A stretch of 64,000 bases of DNA from Pelagomonas calceolata (taxonomy: Eukaryota): the NCBI GenBank assembly GCA_918797485.1, contig CAKKNE010000003.1, positions 4,650,001-4,714,000 on the forward strand, given 5' to 3'. This document shows positions 51,429 to 61,861 of this stretch, one piece after another (the stretch's first letter is position 1; each line of letters opens with the position of its first letter). Position numbers and translations under genes: made by a program. Below the pieces are notes generated by a model. That model had not been told where the DNA came from. It saw only the letters and a list, made by a program, of their open reading frames with translations, and did not search any database.

Positions 51429-52820
51429 ATGAGCCGGGCGCAGCACAGTAAGCTAGCAGTCGTTTGCCTACTCTGCCTGGGGCTCGCGCGCCTCCCGGCG
51501 GCGGCCGAAGTGGGGGAGAGGTCGCCAACGCGCGTCGGCAAACCGCGTCGGCGCGCGTCGGGACCGCGTGGGCGCCGACCGCGTGGGCGCCGACGGCAGC
51601 CGCGGGCAGACCTCCCGTCGGGGATAGCGCAAAGATCAGCATACGCGCGCGTCGGCGGACCGCGCGGGGGAGCGGGCGCCAACGCCAGCCGCCGGGTCGT
51701 GTGGCCGCTCCGGGGCACCGGCCGGACTTACGTCCACATCGTCGGAACGCGCTTCTGCCTGAAACAGGGCCACAATGCGGCGCTCGTCGAGGCGCGTCTC
51801 CTGCTCTTCGAGCGCATCTGCGTACCGACGATGGCGCAGCAGTCGACGAACCGCTTCGTCTGGCTCGTCATCGTCGACGAGACGCTGGCGCCCAGGCACC
51901 GCCGGCGCCTCACGACCCTTCTCGCCGCGCACCGGGGACCCAAGGACTTCCGCGTCGTCTCGCTCGACCGCTCGACCGCCAACCGCGACCTGCGCGCCCA
52001 GGGCCACCACGCGTACGGCCTCGCGCGGCTGCGGCAACCGAGTATCGTCGCGGACTACGTCCTCACGACCGTCCTCGACGCCGACGACGGGCTACCATAT
52101 CAAGCGCTCCGGATGATCCGGGAGCAGGTCGCTGACGCGGTCCGGCGCGTCCAAAGGAACGCGACCCTGCTCGAGCACAAACTCGTGGCGGTCGCGTGCT
52201 ACACGGCCGCCCTCAACTGGCAGCCGTCGACGCGGCGGCCGGCGGGCGCGCTGAACCTTCACAATGAATCCATGTGCATCACGCCGGGCCTGACCCGCGT
52301 CGTCCCATTTTCGCAGCCAATGGCCCTCGGAAATTCGAGTTCGTCGAATCATGCTTTACTAAAGTCCCGCTGGCCCGGCGCCAAGACCTGCACGCAACGG
52401 TCCCCGCGGCATTCCGGGACACGGTCGGCCGCGGCGATCCCGATCCGGTCGCGGACGGCGACGTCGAACGGGATGCGCGACGTCGTGCGCGCCGCGGACG
52501 TCCCTGCTTCCGACATCTATCGGTGGCGTCCGACGCTGCTGGCGCAATTTAACATCACGACGGGCGACCTCAAGGCCACGAACAAGGGCCTGACCTTGAA
52601 CGAAGCCGCGATCGCGCGGGCGCAGATGCGGAGCAACTGCCACGACGGCTGGAGCTGCAAGGACTACGCGCTGGAGCTGCTCAGGAACATGAGTCGGGGC
52701 GCGCGGCGCCTCGCCGCACTGGTGGGACCACCGGTGGGACCTGGCTGGCGAGGTCGCCTACACCAGTCCCACGCCGGCCATTGCCGCCACTGGATGCTCA
52801 CGGACACCGTCGTAATGTGA
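51429..52820 (+). CDS. Putative glycosyltransferase (rhamnosyltransferase-like, GT-A fold)
   Basis: Signal anchor, HIVGTRF, RLLLFERICVPTMAQQS...FVWLVIVD, TTVLDADDGL. Confidence 0.7.
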   Translation: MSRAQHSKLAVVCLLCLGLARLPAAAEVGERSPTRVGKPRRRASGPRGRRPRGRRRQPRADLPSGIAQRSAYARVGGPRGGAGANASRRVVWPLRGTGRTYVHIVGTRFCLKQGHNAALVEARLLLFERICVPTMAQQSTNRFVWLVIVDETLAPRHRRRLTTLLAAHRGPKDFRVVSLDRSTANRDLRAQGHHAYGLARLRQPSIVADYVLTTVLDADDGLPYQALRMIREQVADAVRRVQRNATLLEHKLVAVACYTAALNWQPSTRRPAGALNLHNESMCITPGLTRVVPFSQPMALGNSSSSNHALLKSRWPGAKTCTQRSPRHSGTRSAAAIPIRSRTATSNGMRDVVRAADVPASDIYRWRPTLLAQFNITTGDLKATNKGLTLNEAAIARAQMRSNCHDGWSCKDYALELLRNMSRGARRLAALVGPPVGPGWRGRLHQSHAGHCRHWMLTDTVVM

Positions 52821-52960
52821 GAAACAGTTATCTTATTGCTATTTCGAAGCTCCGGTTGGGCATCCTGACCGAGCAGGGAGAAGGCTCTTAGGAGCTTGTT
52901 CCTTTTTTTAGCCTGCTCAAGGTCTTCCTTAGTTTTATTTATTTACTTAATTTATTACAA
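52821..52960 (+). mobile_element. LINE family D 3' fragment
   Basis: Encodes SKLRLGILTEQGEGS*, followed by T-run and ATTT tail. Confidence 0.8.
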
Positions 52961-53333
52961 AAGCTTGTCCGAGTCCTGATTTCTCAAGCCTTCACTTATT
53001 TACAGCAGTCGCGCAAATGTCGCGGTGAATCTCTCGTAGGGATCGGGGGGGGGGCTATCCCCCGCGCACGTCGACGAGGCGCACCCGCCTGCGGAGGCCT
53101 CCGCCGCCATTTCCCCCTCAACGGACAAGAAAGGCGGCTCGGCTTTACTACCCGAACCTTTTCGAGAAAACCCGCAGGGGGGGTTGAGGCGCGGCGGTCG
53201 ACGTAAAAAACGGGTTCGCCTAGCTATAGTTGCTGCCTTGACCAGCTAATCTCTTGTGCGGTGAAGGGCCCGGTATAAGGGCAGTAGTGCTCTTTTAGTG
53301 CCGCGTGCGCGCGAGCGCGACCGCGCGTTTGCG

Positions 53334-54263
53334 ATGGCCGAGCCTCCGCCGAACCCGCTCTCGGCGGCCATGGCGCACGAACTGAATGGCAACGCCGTCG
53401 CGCCGCTCTTTAGCGCCGCGCCGGGCGCCGCGCCGGCGGCGGCCATCGACCTCGATGATGTTTTCGCCGACTGTTTCTTTGGCAGGGAGGGCGACGCGGA
53501 CCTGCTGGACGACATCGCCGCGGCGGCGCCGGCCGCGGCGCCGCCGCCGCCCCCGCCGCAGAAGAAGCGGAGCCGGGCGGCGCCGGCGGCGTCGGACATG
53601 ACCGAAGCGCAGCGCGACGAGCGGCGCGAGCGCAACCGCGAGCACGCCAAGCGGTCGCGCGTGCGCAAGAAGTTCCTGCTCGAATCGCTGCAGCAATCGG
53701 TCAACGCGTTGCAGTTCGAGAACGACAAGCTGCGGACGGCGATCCGCGAGAAGCTCGGTAGCAGGGCCGACGAGTTATTGCGGGAGGCCGGCGGCACGAC
53801 CGCGAAGTCGCTGATCGCGCGGGACCCGGCGCAAGCCACCAGGGTCCTGGACGACCCCGACTACTCCCTCGTCAAGGCGCTGCAGACCGCGCAGCAGAAC
53901 TTCGTGATCACGGACCCGAGTTTACCGGACAACCCCATCGTCTTCGCGTCCCAGGGCTTCCTGACGCTCACCGGCTACGCGCTCGAGAGCGTTCTCGGAA
54001 GGAACTGTCGCTTCCTGCAGGGCCCGCGGACGGACCCCCGAGCCGTCGCCAAAATACGCAAGGCGGTCGACGAGGGCTACGACACCAGTGTGTGTTTATT
54101 GAACTACCGCATCGACGGCAGCACGTTCTACAACCAATTCTTCGTGGCGCCGCTGCGGGACGGCGCGGGCAACGTCGTCAACTACGTGGGCGTTCAGTGC
54201 CAGGTCACGGACCAGTTCGCCGCGGCGCTCGAGCGCGAGGCGCGGCAGGCGTCCTCCTCTTGA
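53334..54263 (+). CDS. AUREO1: Aureochrome (bZIP-LOV blue-light receptor), class 1-like
   Basis: ERRERNREHAKRSRVRKKFLLESLQ bZIP; QQNFVITDPSLPDNPIVFAS...GRNCRFLQG LOV. Confidence 0.97.
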   Translation: MAEPPPNPLSAAMAHELNGNAVAPLFSAAPGAAPAAAIDLDDVFADCFFGREGDADLLDDIAAAAPAAAPPPPPPQKKRSRAAPAASDMTEAQRDERRERNREHAKRSRVRKKFLLESLQQSVNALQFENDKLRTAIREKLGSRADELLREAGGTTAKSLIARDPAQATRVLDDPDYSLVKALQTAQQNFVITDPSLPDNPIVFASQGFLTLTGYALESVLGRNCRFLQGPRTDPRAVAKIRKAVDEGYDTSVCLLNYRIDGSTFYNQFFVAPLRDGAGNVVNYVGVQCQVTDQFAAALEREARQASSS

Positions 54264-54452
54264 AGGTTTCGCGCGTAACGCAACTGACTCCCCCCGGACC
54301 CCTCCTCTGCCACCCACCTGGGTAGGGCGACAAGCTGAGAACTTGAATACTAAAGGGCAGTACTACTAGTAGTAGTGCCCGGCGCGCGGTCATCCTGGGC
54401 ACAGTGGGGAAGTTTACGCAGGCTGGATCTGCCCACGGCCCGAGGTGTGTCA

Positions 54453-55241
54453 TCATCGTGCCGGGTCGTTACCCTGCTTCCGGGCTCCCTTTTCCAGGAG
54501 CCCCGCCCTTCGGCCCCGCTTGGCCAGAAACGCGCCGAGCTTGCCCCGATTTTTTAGGTCGGCGAAGCGGTCCTGGGCCACGGCCCCCTTCAACACGCTC
54601 CGCTTCGTGTAGTACGGCGCCTTGCCCGTCTTCTTGACCTTGGAGCGCTCCTCTCTTCTAAACCGCGCGGTGACGGCGCGCCGCCTTTCGTCGTGTTCCC
54701 GCTGCCGTTGTTTCGACACCCGCCGCTCGTAGTCGCCGCGCGCGGCGGCGTCGCGCCGGCCGCGCTTCGTCTTCAGGTAGGCGCGCGACGCCTTCAGTTC
54801 TTCTTTTTCGCGCTCGGCGAGGAACGCGTAGCGCCGCGTCGCCGCGGCCGCGTCGCCGCCCGTCGACAGCGCGTCGAAACGCGGGTCGCGGCGCTGCGCG
54901 TCGGCGCCGAGTCGGCGCGGCGCCGGCGGCCGGCGCCGCGACGACGCCTCGGCCGGCGCGTTCTTCGAGGCGCGCCCCGGCGGCGTCGCGGCGTCGCGCC
55001 GCCGCCGCTTGGTTTTCACGCCCCGTGGCGGCGGCGGCGGCGGCGGCGCGGCGGCGGCGGCGGCGTCGAGGCGCCGCAGCCGCTCGCTCAGCGACAAGCG
55101 CTTCGTCGCGGCCGCCTCGACGCGCAGCGCCCTTTCGCCTGCAGCGTTGCTGTCGCCGCTGGACTCCGAGGTCTCATCCTCCCCCTCCCAGGTGCTGGCG
55201 CCCGGCGCATCGTCGTCGTCCGAGGAGCTCGAGGCATTCAT
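54453..55241 (-). CDS. RRP36: rRNA processing protein RRP36-like
   Basis: SKNAP.E.SSRR, RDPRFD, YAFL, GKAPYYTKRS, RF.DLK..GKL..FL. Confidence 0.8.
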   Translation of the reverse strand: MNASSSSDDDDAPGASTWEGEDETSESSGDSNAAGERALRVEAAATKRLSLSERLRRLDAAAAAAPPPPPPPRGVKTKRRRRDAATPPGRASKNAPAEASSRRRPPAPRRLGADAQRRDPRFDALSTGGDAAAATRRYAFLAEREKEELKASRAYLKTKRGRRDAAARGDYERRVSKQRQREHDERRRAVTARFRREERSKVKKTGKAPYYTKRSVLKGAVAQDRFADLKNRGKLGAFLAKRGRRAGLLEKGARKQGNDPAR

Positions 55242-55276
55242 CGATCGTGCTGCTTCATCAGGATGCAGTATAGGCT

Positions 55277-55328
55277 GTACCGCAGTACTTGCTGGTACTG
55301 CGTCCTACATATACTGCGGTACGGTACG
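55277..55328. promoter_or_regulatory. Degenerate GTAC-core array
   Basis: gtaccgcagtac...ggtactgc...tactgcggtacggtac, 36 bp upstream of ATG 55241. Confidence 0.45.
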
Positions 55329-56182
55329 AGCTTGTATCATACAAACGTAATGCACGCTTGCCAAGGAGCGACGGATGCGTGCGTACAATAGCAGTAGGGT
55401 CAACTTGCAACTATAGGTCGTATATATGTCTGTCCGTGCGAAGAATATACCCCTAGTACCCGAGATACATATCCTTTCCTTAATCCCTATCCACTCGTCA
55501 ACACAGTAACAATGAGTGAACTTATTACTACTTCTAGTGCTTATATTATTAACGGGGATTCACCTATGACCTCAGTCGCCAATACCGTTGCCATGACCAC
55601 CTTTGCTGTACACACATTGCAGCCCCTTATTTTCTACAGGTGGGTTTCAAAGACAAAACCGAAAGGTTTCTTAGCAAAGCTTGAAAAAGCCGAACAAAGA
55701 ATTACCGGATTTCTCTATAAGAGAAGCAAGTCCTTCAACGTCTTGTTTGCGGAATACACAAAGCATGCTGATCCCACAAAAGTAGAAAGTGGAGTGTTAC
55801 ATCCAACATGGCAGAATCTTTCTCATCTCTCTCTGAACAAGAGCAAAAGCTCGACAACTTACAACAAGCTCTTGCAGAACTCAAGGATGACTTCTCTGGA
55901 CAAAGGAGCAAGAATTTTTGGCCCTCCCACCCTCCCTTGGTTGTTTTGGCGCGGGGGCGCGTGGTCCGGGGTCCCTGGGGTTGGCGCCCGTTGTGGCAAC
56001 GGCCTCTTTTCCACTTATAAATCTCCCAAAATTTATCTTAGCTTCACTATCCTAGTCTCACTTATCTTGGTTAAATACCCGGACAGGGTAGGCCTAGTGA
56101 ATACGGTACCGTAGACAACGCCGCAGGGCGGCAAAGCGGGGCTGCCCATCCAGGGGCGGGCAACGCAGCGCCCCTCGACCCG

Positions 56183-57901
56183 ATGGCCGCAGCGGACGAG
56201 CCCGCGGCCACCGCGCCGGCGGCCGCGGAAGACGCCGCGGCGGCGTGGTCCCTCGAGGAGCGCGCGGCGCGGCGCGACGCGGCCGCGGCCGCGGCCGACG
56301 CCGACGCCTCGCCCCTCGCCGAAGTCAGCGTGGTGACGGCCGTCGGGACCCTCCGGGTGGACAACGCGGCGCTCTACATGCCGGTGGAGCGCGGCGAGCA
56401 GGTCACGTCCGCGAATCTGGCGATCGCGGCGGCGCGCGCGGACCTGGAGGCGGCGGATCCGGCCGTGGTCGTGGACGTGGGGTTTGAAGAGAGGGTCGGC
56501 TACGTGAGCGGCGGTGCGCTGGCCGGGGACCCCGCCCTGGGGCAGCTCTGGTACGGGACGCGGCCGCTGTCCGAGGCGAACGAAGCCGCGGTCGTCGACG
56601 TCATGCTCGTGTACGGCTCCGGCGCGGCCTTTGCCATCGAGGGCGGCTATACGACGGTGCGACTCCCGTCCGCGGTCGAGGACCTCTACAAAGCGACCCT
56701 ATATTTGGGCGTGAAGCGGGGCGGGGAAGGCCGGCGCTGGGCGGAGGGAAGGGCCACGCGCGGCGCGGCGCCGATCAAAGGTGAGGATGGCGGCGACGCC
56801 GGCGAGGAGGACGAGGCGCTCCTGGAGCAGACGCTGACGCCGGAGCAGGTCGCTCGGCTCGAGGCGCGGCGGGCGGAGAAACTGCGGGAGGCCGAGCGCC
56901 AGCAGCAGAGAGAGGACGACGCGCGGGAGGACGCCCGGCGGAGCAAGCAGTTGCAGGAGCGGCTCGCAGAGCTGCGGCGGGAGAAGGCCCTGCTGGCCGA
57001 GGAGAACGCGCGCCTCTCGGCCGAGGTCGCGGCGGTGATGGACGCGCCCGACGCCGACGACAAGGAGCGCCTCGACCCGCGCGAGGCCGAGCGGCGGTAC
57101 GCGGACGCGCTCAGCGCCATCCTCGACGCCAAGCGCAAGGCCGCGCAGCAGAAGGAACGGAGCGACCGGGTCGCGTTCGAACTACAGGCGCGGCTGGACG
57201 AGAAGGAGTTCAAAGCGAAGAAGATCGCCGACTCCTTCAAGGCCTTCAAGCGGGAGATTTTCCTGGCGGCGGAACATTCGAGGACGGGCAAGAAACTTTC
57301 CAAAAAGGTCATCGACGAGTTCGAGGCGCAAGAGGCGTTACGCGACCAGGAGCTGGAGAAGGTGCGCCTGAAGAACATCAATCTGCGGAACGCCCTGAAG
57401 AAGTGCGAAGCGAAACTCCGGGCGAAGGAGCAATTGGCCGAGGGCTTGCACCTCATCGACTTCGAGCAGCTCAAGATCGAGAACCAGGCGTTGGCGGAGA
57501 AAATCGAAGATCGGAAGGATGAAATCGAGAAGCTGCGCAAAAAGCACGCCGCGAACGTGCGAGTGGCGACGCACGCGCGCGAAACACTGGCGTTCGAGGA
57601 GAAGCTGTGCGAAAAAAGACGCGGGGAACTCAAGGCGCTCGACGCGAAGCTCGCGGTGGAGCGGGATCGGGTCGCCAAGCTCAAGAAGAGGCGAGAGAAG
57701 AAACGAATGCGCGAGGCATCCCGGTCGGAGTCCAAGGGCTTCGCCGCGAACGACATGCTCGTGCTGGATTACGAAAAGCGCAAGGTCGAGATCACGCAGA
57801 CGGAGGCCCGGATCCAGGAGCTCAAGGAGCGCTACGCGCTGCTCGAGGCGGATGTCGCGAAGAACAACGTGCTCATTGCTGCGCGCACGGTGGGGGAGTA
57901 A
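56183..57901 (+). CDS. CCDC96: Coiled-coil domain protein CCDC96/CFAP184 (DUF4201)
   Basis: AEHSRTGK, KVRLKNI, KEQLAEGLHLIDFEQLKIENQ, L.LDYE. Confidence 0.85.
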   Translation: MAAADEPAATAPAAAEDAAAAWSLEERAARRDAAAAAADADASPLAEVSVVTAVGTLRVDNAALYMPVERGEQVTSANLAIAAARADLEAADPAVVVDVGFEERVGYVSGGALAGDPALGQLWYGTRPLSEANEAAVVDVMLVYGSGAAFAIEGGYTTVRLPSAVEDLYKATLYLGVKRGGEGRRWAEGRATRGAAPIKGEDGGDAGEEDEALLEQTLTPEQVARLEARRAEKLREAERQQQREDDAREDARRSKQLQERLAELRREKALLAEENARLSAEVAAVMDAPDADDKERLDPREAERRYADALSAILDAKRKAAQQKERSDRVAFELQARLDEKEFKAKKIADSFKAFKREIFLAAEHSRTGKKLSKKVIDEFEAQEALRDQELEKVRLKNINLRNALKKCEAKLRAKEQLAEGLHLIDFEQLKIENQALAEKIEDRKDEIEKLRKKHAANVRVATHARETLAFEEKLCEKRRGELKALDAKLAVERDRVAKLKKRREKKRMREASRSESKGFAANDMLVLDYEKRKVEITQTEARIQELKERYALLEADVAKNNVLIAARTVGE

Positions 57902-58183
57902 GGGTCCGTCCTTAGCCCTTGTTGCGAATCTCGCAAGCGAAGCAACATACATTGTTTGAATAGTCGGCTTTCGCGGAAGAACGTGACGCGTTCCTTGAAC
58001 GATTATACGAATTGCATCCTATCGCGCGTGGTCTGAGCCTATGAAGTCACCCGTGGGCATGGGGGCCGGACCTCTAGGAATTTCGACCGTAACTGTTCAC
58101 TATTGGAGTGTCGCTCCTGGGAAGCCAAGCGGCGTGATGTGGAGCTCTGCCTCCTCCGCCCTGACTCGGATAATTTCTAATTA

Positions 58184-58370
58184 TTTGCTTTGCTTAGAGC
58201 TAGGCTGCCTAGCCACCTCCCGGGCGGCCTTATTAAATAAATAATTAAGGAAGGAATATTTTTAAAGGAAAACTTGAAGGACATACACCACTTGGCCTCT
58301 AGCGGCCTTCTCCCTGCGCGGCTAGGATACCCAGCCGGCGCTTAAAAAGAGACGTCAAGAAACGATAGAG
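58184..58370. repeat. Tail-to-tail family E (+) and LINE D variant (-) fragments
   Basis: Match the other family E copies and 19959-20340. Confidence 0.65.
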
Positions 58371-58660
58371 CAAATTCTCAATCTCCTTATTATTTTAATA
58401 TTTATTTATTTATTTCTCATGTGCGCTCAGCAGATAGTCAGTCAGGACCGGACGTCGTCCTCCTGCTGCCACCGCATGTTGCTTTGCTTAGAGCTAGTCC
58501 GCCTAGCCGCAGCCGACGCGGGGCCTGCTTGACTCGGACCGATCGCCCGTCCCGCCCCCGGCCCCCATACGCCGCCGTCCCGAGTCCTAGCACTGTCCTA
58601 GCTCCGAGTCGGGGCGACATGTTGTTAAACTAAAAAAAGGGAACTTCAGCCACAAGCTCC

Positions 58661-59364
58661 TTACTTCGCAGAAGCACACGCGGCCCGCTGCTGGGCCGTC
58701 TTCAAGTTTGGGTTCGAGCAGGGCACCATGGTCCACGCGTTGCCGTCGGGGAAAGTGAGCGTCGCCGACGTAGCCGAGTAATCGGCCACTGCCACGACGT
58801 CCTTGCCGCCGCCGCGCGCCGTGAAGTCCACCTGTGTGGAAATCACCCAGTGGTCCGCGCCGGCGCCGAGGACGAGCGAATCGTGCTCGTCGGCCTCCAC
58901 GCCATCGAACAGCCGCAGATCCTACTCGAGCTCAGATTGATTTCGACACGGAGGCCCACGATGAGCTGTTCCTTGCCCACTCCATTATAATCGGCGCACG
59001 CGATAGACGCGCCGGCGACCCAAGGCACGCCGTCCTCGTCGACGCCCCGGATCGACGCGAAGCGGGTGCCGGCGATCTGCGCCACCCGCCGCTCGCAGCC
59101 GGGGTGCTTCGGGTCCGTGTACGTGCCGACCAGGCGCGAACCGCACGCGCGGACCTCGTCGCTTATCGGCGGCGCCTTGAGCTCGGCGTTGAGCCGCCTC
59201 CGGCGGGTGTCAGCGTCCTCGTCGAACGGTAGCTTGACCTCGAATGCCTGGGATGGCACAGGGAGCAAGGCGGTGCCAGTTATGGCGCCTACCGCTGCGC
59301 GCCGGGTATGCAACGCATTTGTCACGGCAGTGCTAATTATACATAAGTGCGCGCAACGATGCAT
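58661..59364 (-). CDS. Hypothetical secreted or plastid-type protein; 2 exons (intron 58832-58959)
   Basis: Presequence with RRAA, GTYTDPKHPGC.R, spliced EQLI|VDFTARGG, FPDGNAW. Confidence 0.7.
58832..58959 (-). mobile_element. Introner intron (128 bp)
   Basis: TIR ctgtgtggaaatca / tgatttcgacacgg; TSD aagtccac / aggcccac (6/8). Confidence 0.85.
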
Positions 59365-59653
59365 GGCCCTGCTCAGGGCTGAGTGCGGCTCACAGACTTA
59401 TTGCTCACCAGAACTTTGCTCTGCCAAGCGACGACGATGAGATCTCGACTATTTAGCTTTGCCCCCTCGCTGCGGATCGAGCTCAGCTCATGCGGTCTGC
59501 GGTACCTACGGTACCTTTAGTACCTACGCATACTACGCATACCATGTACTCCTAGACGGAAGAAAACAAGATATATATCTCCTCCTCCCCTGCAAAGACG
59601 ACATTCGAGGCAGCATTGTTGATTGGGACACGGCCGCCTCCAGCAGTCCGAAG

Positions 59654-60287
59654 ATGGCCTTCCTCGGTCTGACTTACCTCGGCCCGCAGGACTCGTTCCG
59701 AGTCAACATGAAGAAGTCCGGGCTGCTCGCGGCGTTCAAGGACGACGAATTTGCCTCGGCCTTCGACGCCGTCGCCGGCGACGCGCGCACGCTCGACGCC
59801 GTGCTTCAGTTGGTATACCGCGGGCCGCCGCTAGAGTGCGACCGCGACCGCGTCCGCGCGCACCTGGACGACGACGCGCCGCTCACCAAGGACGCGCTCC
59901 TCGAGGCGGTGCGGAACGCGCGGGCGGACGAGCGGCGGTGGGAGGATGAGCAGCGAGATACGGTGGGTGACGGCTCGGAGTTCAAGTTGGTCAAGTTCTA
60001 CCGCGAGCACATCGCGCGGCACCAGCGCATGAGCCGGGAACCCGCGTGGAATCAACCAATGAGTCAGGCTATCTTAGGAATGGTCAACGTCGCGTTGATG
60101 GCGCCTGAAATTTCATTTCCACACAGGCCGGAACCCCTGCGACAAGTACAAGACCCCGCCCACAGCGTCCATGGACTGCGGCTGGCGGAAGCCCGAGGAT
60201 GACGAGATCACGAAGACGCGCGCGGGGAAGCTCACCTGCGCCGAGACGGCGTTCGCGGCTGAGCTGTACAAGGCGGGGGTCATCTAA
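59654..60287 (+). CDS. Hypothetical, possibly flagellar protein; 2 exons (GC-AG intron 60033-60126)
   Basis: MAFLGLTYLGPQDSF start. Splicing yields MS|RNPCDKYKTPPTASMDCGW...ETAFAAELYKAGVI*. Confidence 0.65.
60033..60126 (+). mobile_element. Introner intron with GC donor (94 bp)
   Basis: TIR ccgcgtggaatcaa / ttcatttccacacag; TSD gccgggaac / gccggaac. Confidence 0.8.
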
Positions 60288-60362
60288 GTCTCGTTTGTTT
60301 TCCGCTTTATGTGTACTAGTATTGTGCCGTTATCTTCAAGTTACTGCCAGTGCTATTTCAAG

Positions 60363-60500
60363 TTCGAAGCTCCGGTTGGGTATCCTGACTGAGCCGCAGG
60401 GAGAAAGCTCTTAGGGGCTTTTTCCTTTTTTTAGGTCTCCCTTAATTAACTTGAACTTGAATTTATTTATCGATTTATTTATTTATTTATTTATTTCAAG
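60363..60500 (+). mobile_element. LINE family D 3' fragment with (ATTT)n tail
   Basis: ttcgaagctccggttgggtatcctgac...ttcctttttt...(attt)n. Confidence 0.75.
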
Positions 60501-60949
60501 TTATGATTTACTACTAGTAGTCACGGTATTTATTTCAAGTTACAGGCAGGGTCACGGTGTGTACTGTAGTAAAACCCGCCGTCCGCCCGGCCCAGGTCGG
60601 CCGCGCCGCGGGCGGCGCCGACATTGGCTCTACTAGTAACTTGAAGGTTAGGCCTGCCAGTGCGGACATGCGATTCCGCATGCGGCCGTTCAAGTTGGCC
60701 CCTCGGTCGCTCGGGCATTAGTTGGGGGGTCAATTCTGCGATGGTTACCGCACATACTACCCTGTGCTCCCGTCCCGAACGGCACTGTGCTTTGCAGCCA
60801 GCCAGAGCCTGAGCGTCAGCACCCACCACTGGCACAACCGTGCCAGCGTTACGATCGCGTTCCATTCGGAGCTTCGTTTTGAGTCTCCGACCTTTAGGAC
60901 TCGGAAGAGAAATTAGAGAACTTGAATAATAGACTATCTACTAGCCACC

Positions 60950-61675
60950 TTAGCAGCCGAAGCTGTCGAGGAGCGCGTCGACGTCGTCACCGCCGCCGTC
61001 AGGCGCCAATTGCCGAGGGGGCGCGTCCTGCTGGGTCAGCAGTCGCCCCCCGTCGAGGAGCGCATCGACGAGGTCGTCGCCACCGGTCTCCGTCGTCGAC
61101 GCGCGTCGAGGCGCCGCGGCGGGCGCCGCGGCGGCCGGACGAGGGCGAGTCCGCTCGGCCGGGCGAGGCGGCGACGGCGCCGCGCGTCGCGGCGACGGCG
61201 CCGCGCGTCGCGGCGGGGCCTGGACCGGGACCGGGTCCGGGTCCGGAAGCGGCGGCATCGCCCGCGCCGGCCGGCCGCGCCGCCGCGCGTGCACGGGGGG
61301 CGGCGCGTCGGGCGGCACCGCGACAACGAGGTCCGGCGCGTCGACGACGAGACACGCGTCGTCGCCGGCGCCGCGGAGCGTCGCCGGCCGGCGGACCGCG
61401 ACGACTGAGCCCGCGCGGACCTCGCCGCCCGCCTGGGCCGCGGCGCGCGTGGAGAACTGCGCGACCATCGTCGCGCCCGAGTCGTCGCCGAGGACGAAGA
61501 CGGCGTCGGCGGCGTCGTCTTCGCGGCGCAGCGCCTTCTCGACGCGCGCGACGACCCATGGCAGCTTCTCGCCCTCGATGAGTTTCGCCAGCGTGTGGGG
61601 CGGCGCCGCAGCGGCGTCGTGCCCGAGCGTCTCGAGCGCGACGCGCCAGGGCCACGCGGCGGCTTCGGCCGTCAT
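60950..61675 (-). CDS. HROB/MCM8IP-like OB-fold protein (DUF4539)
   Basis: KLPWVVARV...DAVFVLGDDSG.TM...GSVVAVR; acidic C-terminal motif. Confidence 0.6.
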   Translation of the reverse strand: MTAEAAAWPWRVALETLGHDAAAAPPHTLAKLIEGEKLPWVVARVEKALRREDDAADAVFVLGDDSGATMVAQFSTRAAAQAGGEVRAGSVVAVRRPATLRGAGDDACLVVDAPDLVVAVPPDAPPPVHARRRGRPARAMPPLPDPDPVPVQAPPRRAAPSPRRAAPSPPRPAERTRPRPAAAAPAAAPRRASTTETGGDDLVDALLDGGRLLTQQDAPPRQLAPDGGGDDVDALLDSFGC

Positions 61676-61709
61676 ACCTGCAAGCGCTGGGGTCCACGTG
61701 CGTGCGCAA

Positions 61710-61768
61710 GGTACCGGTACCTACGGTACTACACAGATACCGTAGGTACTATAAGTACCTGCGGTACT
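61710..61768. promoter_or_regulatory. GTAC-core array in a divergent promoter
   Basis: Lies between ATG 61675(-) and ATG 61862(+), with no adjacent transposon. Confidence 0.5.
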
Positions 61769-61861
61769 GTAAGTTCCAGCTCTGCTGCTGCTCCATAGTC
61801 TTTACTTCCTGCGTATAAGCGCCGGTGTGCGCAGACGGCAAAGGCTCACAAAATATAAATA

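Noticed and set aside
55512..56114. 200-aa AT-rich ORF
   Set aside because: No recognisable motif, atypical composition, and it follows a repeat-like 24-mer; likely a TE remnant.
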